The notes below the pieces were generated by a model. That model was not told the DNA's origin. It saw only the letters and a list, made by a program, of their open reading frames with translations, and made no database searches. Made by a program: the position numbers and the translations under genes. From positions 4,712,001 through 4,776,000 of the forward strand of contig CM060734.1 in NCBI GenBank assembly GCA_030704615.1: 64,000 bases of DNA, written 5' to 3'. Positions 13,154-25,983 of this stretch are shown here, piece after piece. Position 1 is the stretch's first letter. Each line of letters starts with the position of its first letter. This stretch comes from Takakia lepidozioides (lineage: Eukaryota; Plantae; Bryophyta).

Positions 13154-13872
13154 CGGCGACATTTTTCCATTTCGTTGCCGAAAATGGCTAAGTCCCAGAT
13201 CTGACTGGCACCAAAATCGGAAATTCGGCGCCATTTTTCCAGTCATGCAGGTAATTCGAAGAGCGGATGGATGGAAATCCGGCGCCGGATTTCCATCCAC
13301 CAGGTAAGTCGGCGCGCAAAATTTCCGTCATGCAGGTAATTCGAAGAGCGGATGGATGAAAATCCGGCGCCGGATTTCCATCCATCCGCTCTTCGAATTA
13401 CCTGCATGACTGGAAAAATCGCGCCGAATTTCCGATTTTGGGTGCCAGTCAGATCTGGGACTTAGCCGTTTTCGGCCCCGAACTAGAAAAATGGCGTTTT
13501 TTTGTTTTGTTTTTTTTTTTTTTGGCGCCATTTTTCGCGAGAGAGACCTATTATCGCGAAATACGTCGCCGTTTTCCAGGTTACGGACCCTATTACCGCG
13601 AAATTCGGCGCCATATTTGCACATGTCGCTGGGAATTGGCATGAGCGGAAGACGAAATATCATGAGCACAACTGTCAAAACTGCAATTTTCCCTTCAAGG
13701 GGCCGAATAATATATTTGTTTTTCCTGATACATTGCATTAAATTATTGTTTTTTAATTGTTTTTTAATTGTTTTTTATTTTCGAAATTTGTACTTCTGCT
13801 CATGAAAACCGATTGTCTTACTACTCCGCTCATGCCGCTCATGCCGCTCATGCTCATGAAATAGCAAACCTC
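7801..13872. mobile_element. Complete non-autonomous MULE A (6072 bp)
   Basis: Left end GGGGGCTGCTATTTCATGAGC at 7801; right end GCTCATGAAATAGCAAACCTC at 13872; perfect 9-bp TSD GTGAAGAAC (7792-7800, 13873-13881). The ends match D's end (39452-39612) and B's end (19569-19900). Confidence 0.95.
8670..13530. repeat. ~370-bp tandem array (~12 units) built of nested palindromes and poly-T tracts
   Basis: Poly-T tracts at ~9150, 9530, 9990, 10370, 10730, 11280, 11630, 12020, 12380, 12750, 13120 and 13500. Each unit has an ~80-bp near-perfect palindrome TCATGCAGGTAATTCGAAGAGCGGATGGATG..CCGGCGCCGG..CATCCATCCGCTCTTCGAATTACCTGCATGA. Confidence 0.95.
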
Positions 13873-15443
13873 GTGAAGAACTCTCGCATGGTATGTTATT
13901 TTATCCTGTTTGTGCAGATGAGATGAATGTTGGAATCAGAAGGATTGAGGCACATGCCCATGGCAGGAATTTCATTACCCATGTATCAAAACCTGCCCCT
14001 ATTGGTTTTGTACACATGTTGTACCCAAACCGGGGTATGTGTTAACCGCTGGTTCATGACTTGGACAAAACAGGCTATCCGCACTACTGCCCATTTCCTA
14101 AGACATGCAACAGAGGTTGTCCGACGGTATGCTTCAGAAATGATTACGAAGTAATTATTTTAAGGATAGCTAAACCATGAAGGTCGTATGAATCCATATC
14201 CCTACAAGCTGCTTAATCCTATTGATTAAGCCCAACCTTCAGTTTCTTTGGCATGACAGATCTTAGTCAAAAAGATGGAAGTCGATTTGTCCATACAAGC
14301 AGATGGTAGTCAAGACAAAACAAGAACTATTCTGAGATGATATACATTCTCACCATCTCACGTTCTCTCATAATGCACAGTTGTAGTGTGAATGCACGGG
14401 AGTGACATTACATTTTGTTTACCATTATGACCTGCATCACTATGAAGGGAGTGCCCGTCATCCCAACTGCAGAAAGGATGTATCCCTTCATGTAGGTAAT
14501 TTCATGAGCGCACTGAGCTTATGCTTTGCCAGGAGAAAAATGGCTAAGTCATGACGGTACTTATTTTCATCCATGCGATGAACGTTTTTCATCACTGGTT
14601 CTTGACCTAAAAGATCGCGGGTTGAGAAAAACGAAGAGGAAGATGACGGATGGCTCGTAGCAGCTGTTGCAAGCAGTGGTGTCGGCAGGGCAGCCTGTGT
14701 TAGGAGGTTGTACCTGCGCTGTGGGATCTTGCTTGGCTTAGGAAGCGACATTAAGACGCCTCTGCTTGGTATTCTGTGTAGAAAGAAGCGGTGCCGCCTC
14801 TCTCGTAGTGATGATCAAGTCCAGGAGATAGAAGCATGTGAGGAGAGCGGCGCACCACCACTGCCGCCAGTGCCTTGAAGATGACAGTTATGGTCAGATG
14901 AGCAAGCAAAGAAAAGGCCAGCTGCTGAAAGCACAGGGAAGAGAGTCTGGGCACAATCAATGGGGGGGGAGGTAAAGCATGTGGAGTGCTGGTTGTATGG
15001 TATCTCAGGTTCTCTGTCATCAAGCTTCTAGCTGCTTTGTGTCTCCTTGTTATAGGACCAGGCCAATTCATGAGGAAGGATTGCATAGCGTAATCTGGTT
15101 GTCAAGCCACGGGATGGTCCAAGTGAAGAAGGGGAGCCATCATGGCGTCATAAGGTCTGGAATCAAGACAAAGAGAAAGGGTTGAAGTGGCTGCTGACGG
15201 GCGATGGCAAGGTGCCACCTTGACAGGCAGACCCGCCGCTTCACTAGTGGATAAAAACAGATAAGTCTATGGACAGTGGCCTTTTTTTGGAGCGACTTAG
15301 AAATTGCTTTGGTAGATTTAGGACTGCCATCTTGGCAGAAGGGAAAAAGGTGGAGACATGTGACAAGAAAAAGTTTTTGAAATTGGAATGGAGACTCTGG
15401 ACTTCAAACCAGAACGTGGAAAGGATGGATGCACCTGATGTTG

Positions 15444-17166
15444 TGATGACGGTGAGAGAAATGAGTGAAGAGAGAGAGAGAAAGAGAGAGTATGTTTGTC
15501 ACTGAATTCAGAATGGTCACTGTTGTCTTCATTCTTGCATTCTGTTTCAGTGTCATAAACTTGGACACCATGCTGCCGTGTGTAGTGATACACTGGAACC
15601 AATGTAGATCTGACTTGTTTGTTTGGAGAGATCAATGATGGTTAGCTGGAGCTGCAAAAACATGGAAAGGATAAGGTGATTTCAGTATGGGATCAGGATC
15701 TGAACAACTGCGTTCCACAGTTGAAGGGAAAAGAGGGATGTTGGGGTATTTGGGTTGAAGTCTGACAAAAGGGATGAGAGCTGTTTGAGCGATGGGTTCT
15801 TGGGAAAAGGGCAGTGTGAAGGGCTGAACATTGACAGACAGAGAGAGAGAAAGAGAGAGAGACTGATGGATGGGATGGTTGTGTATTGAGAGACCGAGGA
15901 TGACTTCAAGGCTGGTTGCACTGGATGCCTAGCAGAGTGTGCATTTGCATTACATGACAGATCTGCTGCTGTGAAGTAGTGGGGAGCCTGTGGACATAGA
16001 CAGAGATAGAGAAACAGACAAAAAGGGGAAAAGAAAGAGAGAGAGTGAAAAAGGGGATTTGGGTAAGGAGAGAGCTGCAAATCAAAAGGGCTGTTGGGGG
16101 GTTGGCCAATTTGGGGAGATGAGATGAAGAAAACCTGAACCCTGAAAGAAACCAGTGCCCCTGCAGACCATGAAGATCTGAGCTGCCTCCTCCTAAATCT
16201 GTGTCACCACTACAAAAGGGGATTTCCTACCTGTCACTGCTCAAGTGGGCTTCACATAAAGGATCGTGTTTACCGCTGCCATTGGGCTGATTGCATCACA
16301 GAAAATATTGTGCTAACATTGTTGGCACCGTGATCATAGGGCCAGGCTGTTGAATAGAAGTAGAACCGAGAGCAAGAACAATTCAAGACTCCCCATCCAT
16401 GTCTTCTCTTCCGCTGCGGCGTGGATGAGGATTCCGTGAACTCTGATCATGAACGTAACTGAGGGAAAACCCATATAACCGTGTGAAGATGGTTGGACAG
16501 GAAAAGAACGCTCCTCTCCCTTGCCTGGACAATCAGCTGGAAAAAAGGGGGGAAGTAGAGGGGAGTACCACGGATTTAGGATTAAACAGAAGGGGATTCA
16601 CGCCCCTTCTTTTCACACTACACATTCTCTCCATCTCACGTTCACTCTACACAGAGATACTTCGAATAGCATGGCTTTACTTCAGAGTTCGTCACATCAT
16701 CACAGAAGTACACATTGAATCACTCTGAGTCCACTGGATACACACTGATCACTGATACTCATACTGCTCTCCCTCTAAGTTGCGTGCAACCTTTTTACAC
16801 TATGCTCGAAAGAGCCGTTACAGCCTGTGGTCATTAATGACCGTTTGCCTAACTGCCTACGCAACCTAAAAGGTTTGCAAAAAAGTGGCTCGTTGTAGTG
16901 GTCGTGAGCCATAGGGGTAAACGGTCCACTACTCCCTCTATTGGTTAAAGCCGATGCTAACATGGCCGTGTGATATCGTGGTTCATGGCCCACGGTTACT
17001 ACACTACCCACTACTGCTCCTGTGGTAATGTACCCTTGTTCCGCCATTTGCTAAATACCGCGTACTTAGCATTTTCTGCCCGTGACCAGGTAGTGTACAC
17101 CAATCACCACCTGGGATGTCCCGTTGTGACCCTCGCTATCTGGCCCTCATAGCATAGCCGTCATCA
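15444..17166 (-). mobile_element. Putative 3' LTR of an older LTR retrotransposon
   Basis: Inverted termini TGATGACGG (15444) and CCGTCATCA (17166). A polypurine tract AAAAGAGGGGGGGGGGGGG lies on the minus strand at ~17172-17191. No second LTR is in the window. Confidence 0.45.
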
Positions 17167-18086
17167 TTTATCCCCCCCCCCCCCCTCTTTTGAAATTGTG
17201 TCCGCACAATTTCGTCAGTTCATGTGCTTGCTGTATCTCTTGGGGATATAGGGTGGTGGCATGCATGTCTACGGGGTAGGAAGTGCGTCCTAGGATTGTC
17301 GTGGTGGCAGCTTCTTGTTCCTGTTGTTGTCACTGTCTGGTTGCTCCTCTGGTTCGTGAATGGGCCAGCTTTCGTCATCAGGGTGATCTGCCACTCCATC
17401 CCCACGTACCATGTCGATTTTGGTGGTCAAGGTTTCTCGGTAGGTTTGCAGCTCCTCCTTGGTCCAGGGTATAATGTGTTTAGTCGCCCTGCTGCCCATT
17501 AACAAGTTAACAGCTTGGATCCCTGTTTCTCTGAAAGGGTGGTCTTTGTCCAAGACCAATGGTGAAAAGTGGTCTTTCACCTGGCGCCATGCTTCAGCAT
17601 ATAGTGGTCTGTTCATGTATGCTGAAGTGCTTGTGACTCTCTCTGGTGGCTGGAATTTGGATAATTCCCAGTGAGTATCTTTTTCAATACTTTCATAGCG
17701 CTATCAGCTTCCCCTCATTGTCACGAACATCAGATACAAGTAACTGCCAATATAAAAACTTGGGCAACCCATTACAATGTCTACTGCCGGGGTAGGATTA
17801 ATCTTTAATTGCCCCACTGCCCACATGTAAGCTACCAACTCCTTGTATTCCAGGGGAGCCTGGCGCCAGACCCTGACCATGTCTCTTCCCTAGCCAGTGG
17901 CCTCATCCTATATCTCAGAGGTATAAGAGTTTGATTGAGCAGATGCAATTGACCCAATGATTTGCAGGGGGTTAAGGTTTTGAAGACCTTCTCCAGTATT
18001 TCTGGGATTTGGTGGGCTGGGACTACCATCATTTTAAAGTATTCATCCGAATACTTTAGCCACTCCCCATCCTGCTTGCATGGCAT
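17167..18086 (-). pseudogene. Degenerate internal (pol 3') region of an LTR retrotransposon, cut by MULE C
   Basis: Lies just upstream of the PPT; broken minus-strand ORFs 17290-17616 and 17832-18086. No catalytic motif is readable. Confidence 0.35.
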
Positions 18087-18533
18087 GGGGGCTGCTATTT
18101 CATGAGCCATGAGCCATGAGCAGAGTCGTAAGTGTGGAAAAAAACATGAGCAGCACTATTTTCCGGAAATGAGTGTCCGCGGGAATAGGGTTTAGGGTGC
18201 CACGGTCATAGGGGGAGAAGGACCTCCCGATGAAGGAGGTTCGGCAATGTTATTTAGAATTATATATTGAAAGACAATGTTTCGCGAATGGTAGGGTGGT
18301 ACTGCTCTGTACAATGGGGGCCCATTTCAGCCTACCAGCCACTTGCAAAATCCACCCACACTCCCAATCCCAAACGAAATGAGCAATGACGCATTCTAGG
18401 AACGATGGACACAGAATAGAATAAAAAGAGGGCACAATGAGGTTTTTATTGATCCACATGATTTGCATTTGAAGCACGTCTACTGTGTTGATTGTGCAAT
18501 CAAATCCTTAGCCCTGTGCCTACTGAATACAAG

Positions 18534-19244
18534 TCACGTTGTCAATGGGACTTCGACTGCTCTCAGAACTAGCTCATGAGTCATGGGGCTCCTCCATGTA
18601 AAGTCGATTGCAGCCGTTGTACCGCCCCTAGTGATGTTCACCACAATGTCCTGCCCTTCAATCATACCACCATCGAATATGGAAATCTTCACGTTTTCGT
18701 CGTCCACACCAATGCGAATGTCCCCATACAATGGAGAAGAGGAGCGCACTCCTTGAGGAGAATAGGTCTCTCCGATGGAGTCCACCCACGTCCAGTGGCA
18801 GCAGTTCCACCGCAACAGCATAGCAGTGCGCCTTCTTCTGCATGGGTGACCGTCGTAGCTGGGAAAATCGGAATCGAGGATGCGCAGGAGCCACGGACTC
18901 CTCAGACCAAGATCGTCACCCCGCTTGAAGGCGTAGTGGCCTACGATATACTCAAAAGCCACCAATGTTTCCACAATCGAACCGGTATCTTCTGTGTAAT
19001 CTGTGTACCATATAACAATGTCTCCCGATGTGGCCGAATACATTGCATAATCGATGCCTCCAAATGGGCAGTCGTCCCGGTTCCGGAAGCACGGCATCCT
19101 TGCAAAGGAGGACCTGAGGACGACTTGGATGCAGATGACAATGACCTTGCGGACAGCTACGAAGCCCTTAGATTTTGGAAATGATGCGAAGCGGAAGAGC
19201 AGTCCGGCCTCCAATAATGGAGCATCTGGGTCCCACGTACCCAC
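18534..19244 (-). CDS. Unknown-family cargo protein 'ORF X', copy 2
   Basis: 236-aa open ORF with DCPFGGIDYAMY..SGDIVIW, WNCCHW, LYGDIRI, FDGGMIEGQD, ELVLRAVEVP. Confidence 0.7.
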   Translation of the reverse strand: MGTWDPDAPLLEAGLLFRFASFPKSKGFVAVRKVIVICIQVVLRSSFARMPCFRNRDDCPFGGIDYAMYSATSGDIVIWYTDYTEDTGSIVETLVAFEYIVGHYAFKRGDDLGLRSPWLLRILDSDFPSYDGHPCRRRRTAMLLRWNCCHWTWVDSIGETYSPQGVRSSSPLYGDIRIGVDDENVKISIFDGGMIEGQDIVVNITRGGTTAAIDFTWRSPMTHELVLRAVEVPLTT

Positions 19245-19939
19245 CGACGGAGGTGGATGAACCCATACATCTTTCTCATCAAGAAGTTATAGTTTGAGAT
19301 CTGCCACCGAAGTCCATCCCCCCGGATGGAAATTCGGCGCCGCATTTACATCGAAGAGGGGATGGACTTCGTCGTGTCCAGTGGCTATCGGCCCACCTGG
19401 CAGTGAGTGCCCATAGTTTGCATGGCAGGGTAGGAAACTGAAACGGCTACATTCATGAAGCAGCCAATCTTCATCGGTCCAGGATCCTGTAGGGGGGAAA
19501 TTTAAATGTGCCCTGGAGTGTTTGTGAGGAATTGCAGCGTTAGCTTGAACTTTTTCCAGCCACCGCGCGAGGTTTGCTATTTCATGAGCATGAGCGGCAT
19601 GAGCGGCATGAGCAGAGTAGTAACACAATCGGTTTTCATGAGCAGAAGTACAAATTTCGAAAATAAAAAACAATAAAAAACAATAATTTAATGCAATGTG
19701 TCAGAAAAAACAAATATATTATTCGGCCCCTTGAAGGGAAAATTGCACTTTAAACAGTTGTGCTCATGATATTTCGTCTTCCGCTCATGCCAATTCCCAG
19801 CGACATGTACAAATATGGCGCCGAATTTCGCGGTAATAGGGTCCGTAACCTGAAAAAAACGGCGACGTATTTCGCGGCAATAGGTCTCTCTGGCGAAAAA
19901 TGGTGCCGAATTCCGCGGCTATAGGTCCCCTCATGACAG

Positions 19940-20175
19940 GTAATTCGGCGCCATTTTTCCAGTGCATGTTCGGACTTAGCCAGTTTTCGGCCCAAAAAAG
20001 AGAAATTCGGCGCCATTTTTCCAGACACGGTACCAGTGCATGTTGGGACTTAGCCAGTTTTCGGCCCCAAAAAGAGAAATTTGGCGCCATTTTCCCAAAC
20101 ACAGGTACCAGTGCATGTTGGGACTTAGCGAGTTTTCGGCCCCAAAAAGAGAAATTCGGCGCCATTTTTCCAGAA
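19940..20175. repeat. ~75-bp subterminal tandem repeats with GAAATTCGGCGCCATTTTTCC
   Basis: About three units containing CAGTGCATGTTGGGACTTAGCCAGTTTTCGGCCCCAAAAAGAGAAATTCGGCGCC. Confidence 0.8.
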
Positions 20176-20330
20176 ATGGCCCCACAACTGCTTCTGTTGG
20201 ATCTCAGTTTGAATGGAATATTGCCTCATTCCAGGAGTTTTGGGGTGCATTTCATTACACTGCAAAAAAAAAAGTCTGATACAGCAAAATGCATTTGAAA
20301 ATATCCATATGGAGGATTCCGTTTGCCCCA

Positions 20331-22420
20331 TCAATGATTTCTGGAATCCCTAAGGAGGAGTTTGTGCAGCTCGTTCACGCTCAACGCCGGTGCATGAATA
20401 AAGTCATCAATAGTCACGTTCATCCTCAACCTCTTCAGGTAAATGTAATACAAATGCTTGCACGGATAATACTTCGAACCCTTCTTTGCTTCCATCAACG
20501 AGAAGTCCGTATAGTTGCAAGTCGGCTCCACTCCAATCGTAATTGTGTATACATCGTCGCGTACAGCCGAGCCGGCCGTTGCCATCCGATACACACGCCC
20601 AAGGCCGGGTGGGGGTACGTCCACGGAGCTCTGAATAGTGCAAGCCATCCCAAGAGCATTGGCAATCCGAGTCTCATTCAACTTGTTGGGAGGGTGTCGT
20701 CTCTTCACTCTTCCGAATCGCATTGTGGGATGTGCAGAATTGTCCAATCCGTCTCTACTGGACCGAGCAGTCTGCAATGGCTGGGTCTGAGGAACCGGAA
20801 ATGCGTGGGCCGGGATGTCTGTGCGTTGCACCATTCGAAATCCTGCTGCAGATAGAGCATCCGCCTCATTCTGAGAGAGGCTGCAACCCGGTGCAACAGG
20901 CCAGACGCCCGGAGGCTCCGGCATTCCCTGAATCCCGTACTTGGGCTTGCCAAATACACAGGTCATTATGTCGTGCCTACAGAACCAAAATGTCTGCGTT
21001 GTGGCGTGAGCAAATGTGGGAGTCAAAAATCTGCCGCTGAAACAAGGTGCAGGTACAGCACCGTGTGGGTTCCTCCGAATCATCTCACCACAGCGTGCTC
21101 TCGTATCCACCCGGATGGCGCAACACTTCCCTCGAAATGCCGGCAATGTCCTCGCAATTCTCCACTGTGACTCCGACACTCTTGTCTCCACAATGGGAAT
21201 GTTGTATTGCTTTACTACAGATGGCTCGTTATGTTGCCGGGGCACGCGCCCTGTGCTCAAAGGAGATGGCGATCTTGAACGTGCAGGACTTCCGGTGCTC
21301 GACGAGACCTCCTCGGACAACATCACCGGACCACGAGGGAGCGTGCGAATATTCTTGTCAGCTCGCCATGAATCCTCTTCTCCGCCAGGTGCCTCGTCAA
21401 GTCTTCGTCTCACTGGACGGGTATGAACATCTCCTTCCAAATGTTGGCCTCTTCGCAGCAATGGCGTGTCCCGAAGGCCCTCTCGCAAGGCCGCCGCCCA
21501 CTTCCGAGGATTCTTCGATCTGGAGGCAGTCCGCATCAGCATTTCCTGCCTGTCCGGCCCCAAGCCCCACTGTTTCCCTTTCAAGCACTCGTTGTACCTG
21601 CATTGCTGCATAATTGACCTCACAATGTCCTCCGTTGTGGCAGTGAGGATGTCCACCAGATGCGCCGCAGAGGAGGCACGCCAGGAAGAGTGCACTGATT
21701 CGGCCATGTTTGTCGTGGGCATGTCGGTGTCGGAGTCGAGACACATTTCCTACACAAGCACATGTTCAGGTTACAAGCAAGTTACAATATGGCCAAGAAT
21801 AATATCCAACGGGACGCGAATTCGTGCAACTCACCTCCCGCATATAGTCGCCGAACTGGAGGAAACGATAATGCCACCATGCTAGCCAACTGACCATTGC
21901 TCCTTCGTCTGATTTCCTTACAGCACCTGACGATGTCCACCAAGCCCGTATGCATGCAAACTGTGTCTCTGCATCATCCAAGGTGGGAGCGCGCTTCCAC
22001 GCAAGGCACATGGAACGGTGCTCCTCTCTGAAATCTGGCGCCACGAGCCTGGTTGTGTACTACGAAAGGCTCTGCAGAAAATGGAACCCACAAGCTCTCT
22101 CCTTGCCTTCCATGGGAACATTGGGGTCTTGCCCGTACACCCTTCGGATGGCAGCCCAATTTGCTTGTGCGTTGTCCGCCATGAAACCACGGAAATTGGG
22201 AGGGGGCAATCCCGCCTTGGCCATCTGTTCGTTTATTCCCTGCCAAAGAAGCATCTCCGATTGTGTGTCCTCTCATTTCATCTCACAAATAGCAATTGTC
22301 ATTAGCATCCTGCAGTGGGTGTCGTAGACATGTGCACCCATTGTCACCCACTGGTGATTTGTAATTCGCTTGATATGGTCGAACATGACCCAACTGTTTG
22401 ACAAGTTCCCACTCGTCATC
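20331..22420 (-). pseudogene. MULE transposase 3' part (DDE core, E motif, SWIM zinc finger); 5' end deleted, one nonsense codon
   Basis: WVMFDH, FMADN, ACGFH; GT-AG intron 21750-21834 joins DYMRE|EMCLD in frame; TTNMAESVH (catalytic E); C-terminal YTITI..CNYTDF..PCKHLYY, a SWIM finger with the second Cys degenerate. Confidence 0.88.
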
Positions 22421-22829
22421 CTGTCGACCATGCTTCCCCACAAGTTCCCAACTTCCCCATGCTTCGTTTGGGGCTTCTACTCTAGTAGGGGGTGGATTCA
22501 TTGTATTTTTTGAGGAAAGCGATCTGATGGACAATCTCCACAGGTGACGACGAATGCGCAAGAGCAGCTGGACACACAAGCACATCAGTTCAAGATGGAG
22601 ATATCTCCTGCAGCAGAGAGCCTACGTGACTATGTGACGAGGTACTTTCTGCTCTACAAAACCAACCTATTCTTTCGGGAGATAGCAGATGCTCGCCGGA
22701 GCCACGAGTTCACCGACCAGCCGAACGCGGACAAAGCAGCAATGCGCCTTCTGTACAGGTACATACGCGCTGCCTTTCTTTCAAGTCTTGGCATTTCAGG
22801 ATGTTAGAGGCCTCAAGTGGTGTTAGGGA

Positions 22830-23817
22830 AAATGGCGCCGAATTTCCAGTCAGGGCTCCGCAAATGGCTAAGTCCCTAGACTGGCTGGCCCGGAACTGGA
22901 AATTCGGCGCCATTTTCCAGTTCCAGGCCCTATTGCCGTTCAGGGACTTAGCCATTTTCGGCCTAAGTCCCTAGACTGGCTGGCCCTGAAGTGGAAATTC
23001 GGCGCCATATTCCAGTTTTAGGCCCTATTGCCGTTCAGGGACTTAGCCATTTTCGGGCTAAGTCCCTAGTGTGGCTGGCCCGCAACTGGAAATTCGGCGC
23101 CGTTTTCCAGTTCTAGGCCCTATTGCCGTCCAGGGACTTAGCCATTTTCGGGCTAAGTCCCTAGACTGGCTGGCCCTGAACTGGAAATTCGGCGCCCTTT
23201 TCCAGTTCCAAGCCGTATTGCCGTTCAGGGACTTAGCCATATTCGGGCTAAGTCCCTAGACTGGCTGGCCCTGAAGTGGAAATTCGGCGCCATATTCCAG
23301 TTCCAGGCCCTATTGCCGTCCAGGGACTTAGCCATTTTCGGTCTAAGTCCCTACGGTGGCTGGCCAGGAACTGGAAATTCGGCGCCGTTTTCCAGTTCTA
23401 GGCCCTATTGCCGTCCAGGGACTTAGCCATTTTCGGGCTAAGTCCCTAGTGTGGCTGGCCCGGAACTGGAAATTCGGCGCCGTTTTCCAGTTCTAGGCCC
23501 TATTGCCGTCCAGGGACTTAGCCATTTTCGGGCTAAGTCCCTAGTGTGGCTGGCCCGGAACTGGAAATTCGGCGCCGTTTTCCAGTTCTAGGCCCTATTG
23601 CCGTCCAGGGACTTAGCCATTTTCGGGCTAAGTCCCTAGGGTGGCTGGCCCGGAACTGGAAATTCGGCGCCGTTTTCCAGTTCCAGGCCCTATTGCCGTC
23701 CAGGGACTTAGCCATTTTCGGGCTAAGTCCCTAGACTGGCTGGCCCTGAAGTGGAAATTCGGCGCCATATTCCAGTTCCAGGCCCTATTGCCGTTCAGGG
23801 ACTTAGCCATTTTCGGA
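22830..23817. repeat. 95-bp tandem array (~10 units) inside intron 4 of the ParB-MTase gene
   Basis: CTAAGTCCCTAG recurs at 23438, 23533 and 23628. The array is bounded by donor TACAG|GTAC (~22759) and acceptor TGCAG|G (~23843). Confidence 0.95.
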
Positions 23818-25983
23818 CCTCATTGTGTTTTTCATGAATGCAGGTACTGTAAGTTCTCCCTTTTGGAGAAAGGTCATCTGTCTTTCGAGCCACCATTCTT
23901 CCTGGCATGGAGGAACCCTGGGGCTGACTCCATGTACACTGACGATATTGTGAAGGAGTGGCATCTGGAACATTTGCGTGATTGCCCTTGGTATGTGGAC
24001 CTTCCGCCCGGCTCGCTCGACCCATCCGAGTTTCAATTGAAGCTGGATGCTGAATTCCGACGAAACCGGCTCCGCTGCCTCCGTTGGGTGCAAAAGAGGC
24101 AAAAGCGCTTGCGAACTCCAGGAAAGCGGCAGAGCTTGCTCAGGCAGGAATTCAGGAGAAATTGCATGAGAAGAGTAAAGGTCAAAGGAAAAGGACAAGG
24201 AAACAGGTGACTGCAGTAACACCCAAAAAGAAGAAAACCATCGGGGCATCGGAGGAGGCGCAGGAGGGGACCCAAGAGAGTGACTCCGACGCCGATTTTG
24301 TTCAAGGTCCTGCGACTGCTGTTGCTCCTACCCAGTCACCGGTCGTCCGGGTTCCCAAGTCAGTTCGGAGTGGGACTGGCTCTGCCAAGAAGTTGGCATT
24401 TGAGGGCGAGCCTACACGGCGGTATTCGGCGGTGACGTTTATGCACAGGCCAAAGCTAGAACCTCCAACCATCATCCAATGCGTCAATGAGAGCTTCCTT
24501 GACGCTCTCCCTGCCAGGGCGAAGAAGGTGGCACACAACAAGTCTCTGGCGGAGCAGAAGGGGAAAGCCAAGAAGAGGGCTGCCAGTACAGAGCCTAAAA
24601 GATACCCCTGGTTTTGAAGCCATGATGGAATTCTTCACGGCTGTGAGCACGAATTGCAAGAGCACTCGGGGGGGGGGGGGGGGGGTTGAGGTGGAGAGAG
24701 CTTGCGACATGATTCTCCTCGACATTCCAGATGGGGAGCTGCTGGAGGGCCTGGATGGTGTGCCCACCTGGAACAGGTTTACCGAGGACTACTGGAAAGC
24801 CGGGTTTGGGCTGGCGGGGATGCTTCTGGATGACGGTGGATGTGTGGTTGTCCTTGCCACGAGAGGGAAGACCACAGAGAATGCGGTGGCAAGGTGGACA
24901 CCGAAAAGTGTCACCCCGGTCCTCCTCAGAAAATGGTTCTGCATCAGTACGCAGGGGTTGCGAACAGAGGGCCAAAGTGTAAGTTATCAATCTATTGCAT
25001 TCACTTCATATTGTGGTGTATGTTAAGTAGACCCTGGAATTGATCCCTTCTTTGTTGGATGTGCAGACATTGGTGTTTGAGGCATATTGCTTTGTGAAGA
25101 GAGGGTCTACGTTCAAATTCCGCAACGACGGTCGTCTTGTTGATGCCGTTGTGGACCCTGTAACCTACGATGTCCTCTACAACTATGTGCCCCACTCTAG
25201 TATGCCGAAGGACACAAAGACAGGCAAACCGTGGCGGTACAGCCGAACCCGGAGCCCTGCTTTCATCCAAACCCTCATGGAGACGTGCTCGGATGTCCAA
25301 GGGCGGATTCTGGACCTCACATGCGGCACGGGTAAGCCTTCACGTGCTCAGTTTGTCCCCTGGCCCCATTGCAATTGCATGCCGCAAGCTATTAACCGCC
25401 CGCTTTGTTCCTCAGGTGCTTCAATGTGGGCAGGGACGTTGTCCGACAGGCATGTGTTCGCCTTCGAGCCAGATACTGCCCTCCACAACTCGGAACTTGC
25501 AGCGGCTGAACGTCTGCCGAAAGAGGAAGAGGCATCCTCGGAGGATGAGGAAAAATCCGAGAAGGAGCAGGGGGAGGAAGTTGGAATCGAGGCCGAGGAG
25601 CCCCCGGTTTACGAGTGAGTGGTGGCATTGTAAGTTGCCTCCAGATTTTGTGAGGCACCTCCCTCCGCTCTCTTATTTCATTGAAAACCCTTTCTGGTTG
25701 TGCTGGTATTGACATTCTTCAAGTGGATTTGTTCTTACTGTAGGATGCCAAGTACTGCCGGAGGGACGTCTACACCGGAGTTCATGGGCAGGAGGAACGT
25801 GCCTTTTTTTGCCAGGGGGGATTTCATGCCTAGTCCAGAAAGGGAGTACATCCTTCCTACTTATGCTGCCCGGCTTGCTTCGGTGTCCATTAGGAGGTGT
25901 TCCGAACGTAGTCGTGTACAGCAGATTTTAGACGAGGCAAGCCTCAAGAAAATGAAGATGAGGGAGGAGGCAGCAGCTATTAG

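Noticed and set aside
8958-13741. Many short poly-K/poly-F ORFs
   Set aside because: Translations of the poly-T satellite.
13882-15443. Short ORFs after element A
   Set aside because: No recognisable motifs or consistent exon structure.
22830-23817. CRISPR-like array
   Set aside because: Whole units repeat with no unique spacers, there are no cas genes, and the array is inside a spliceosomal intron.
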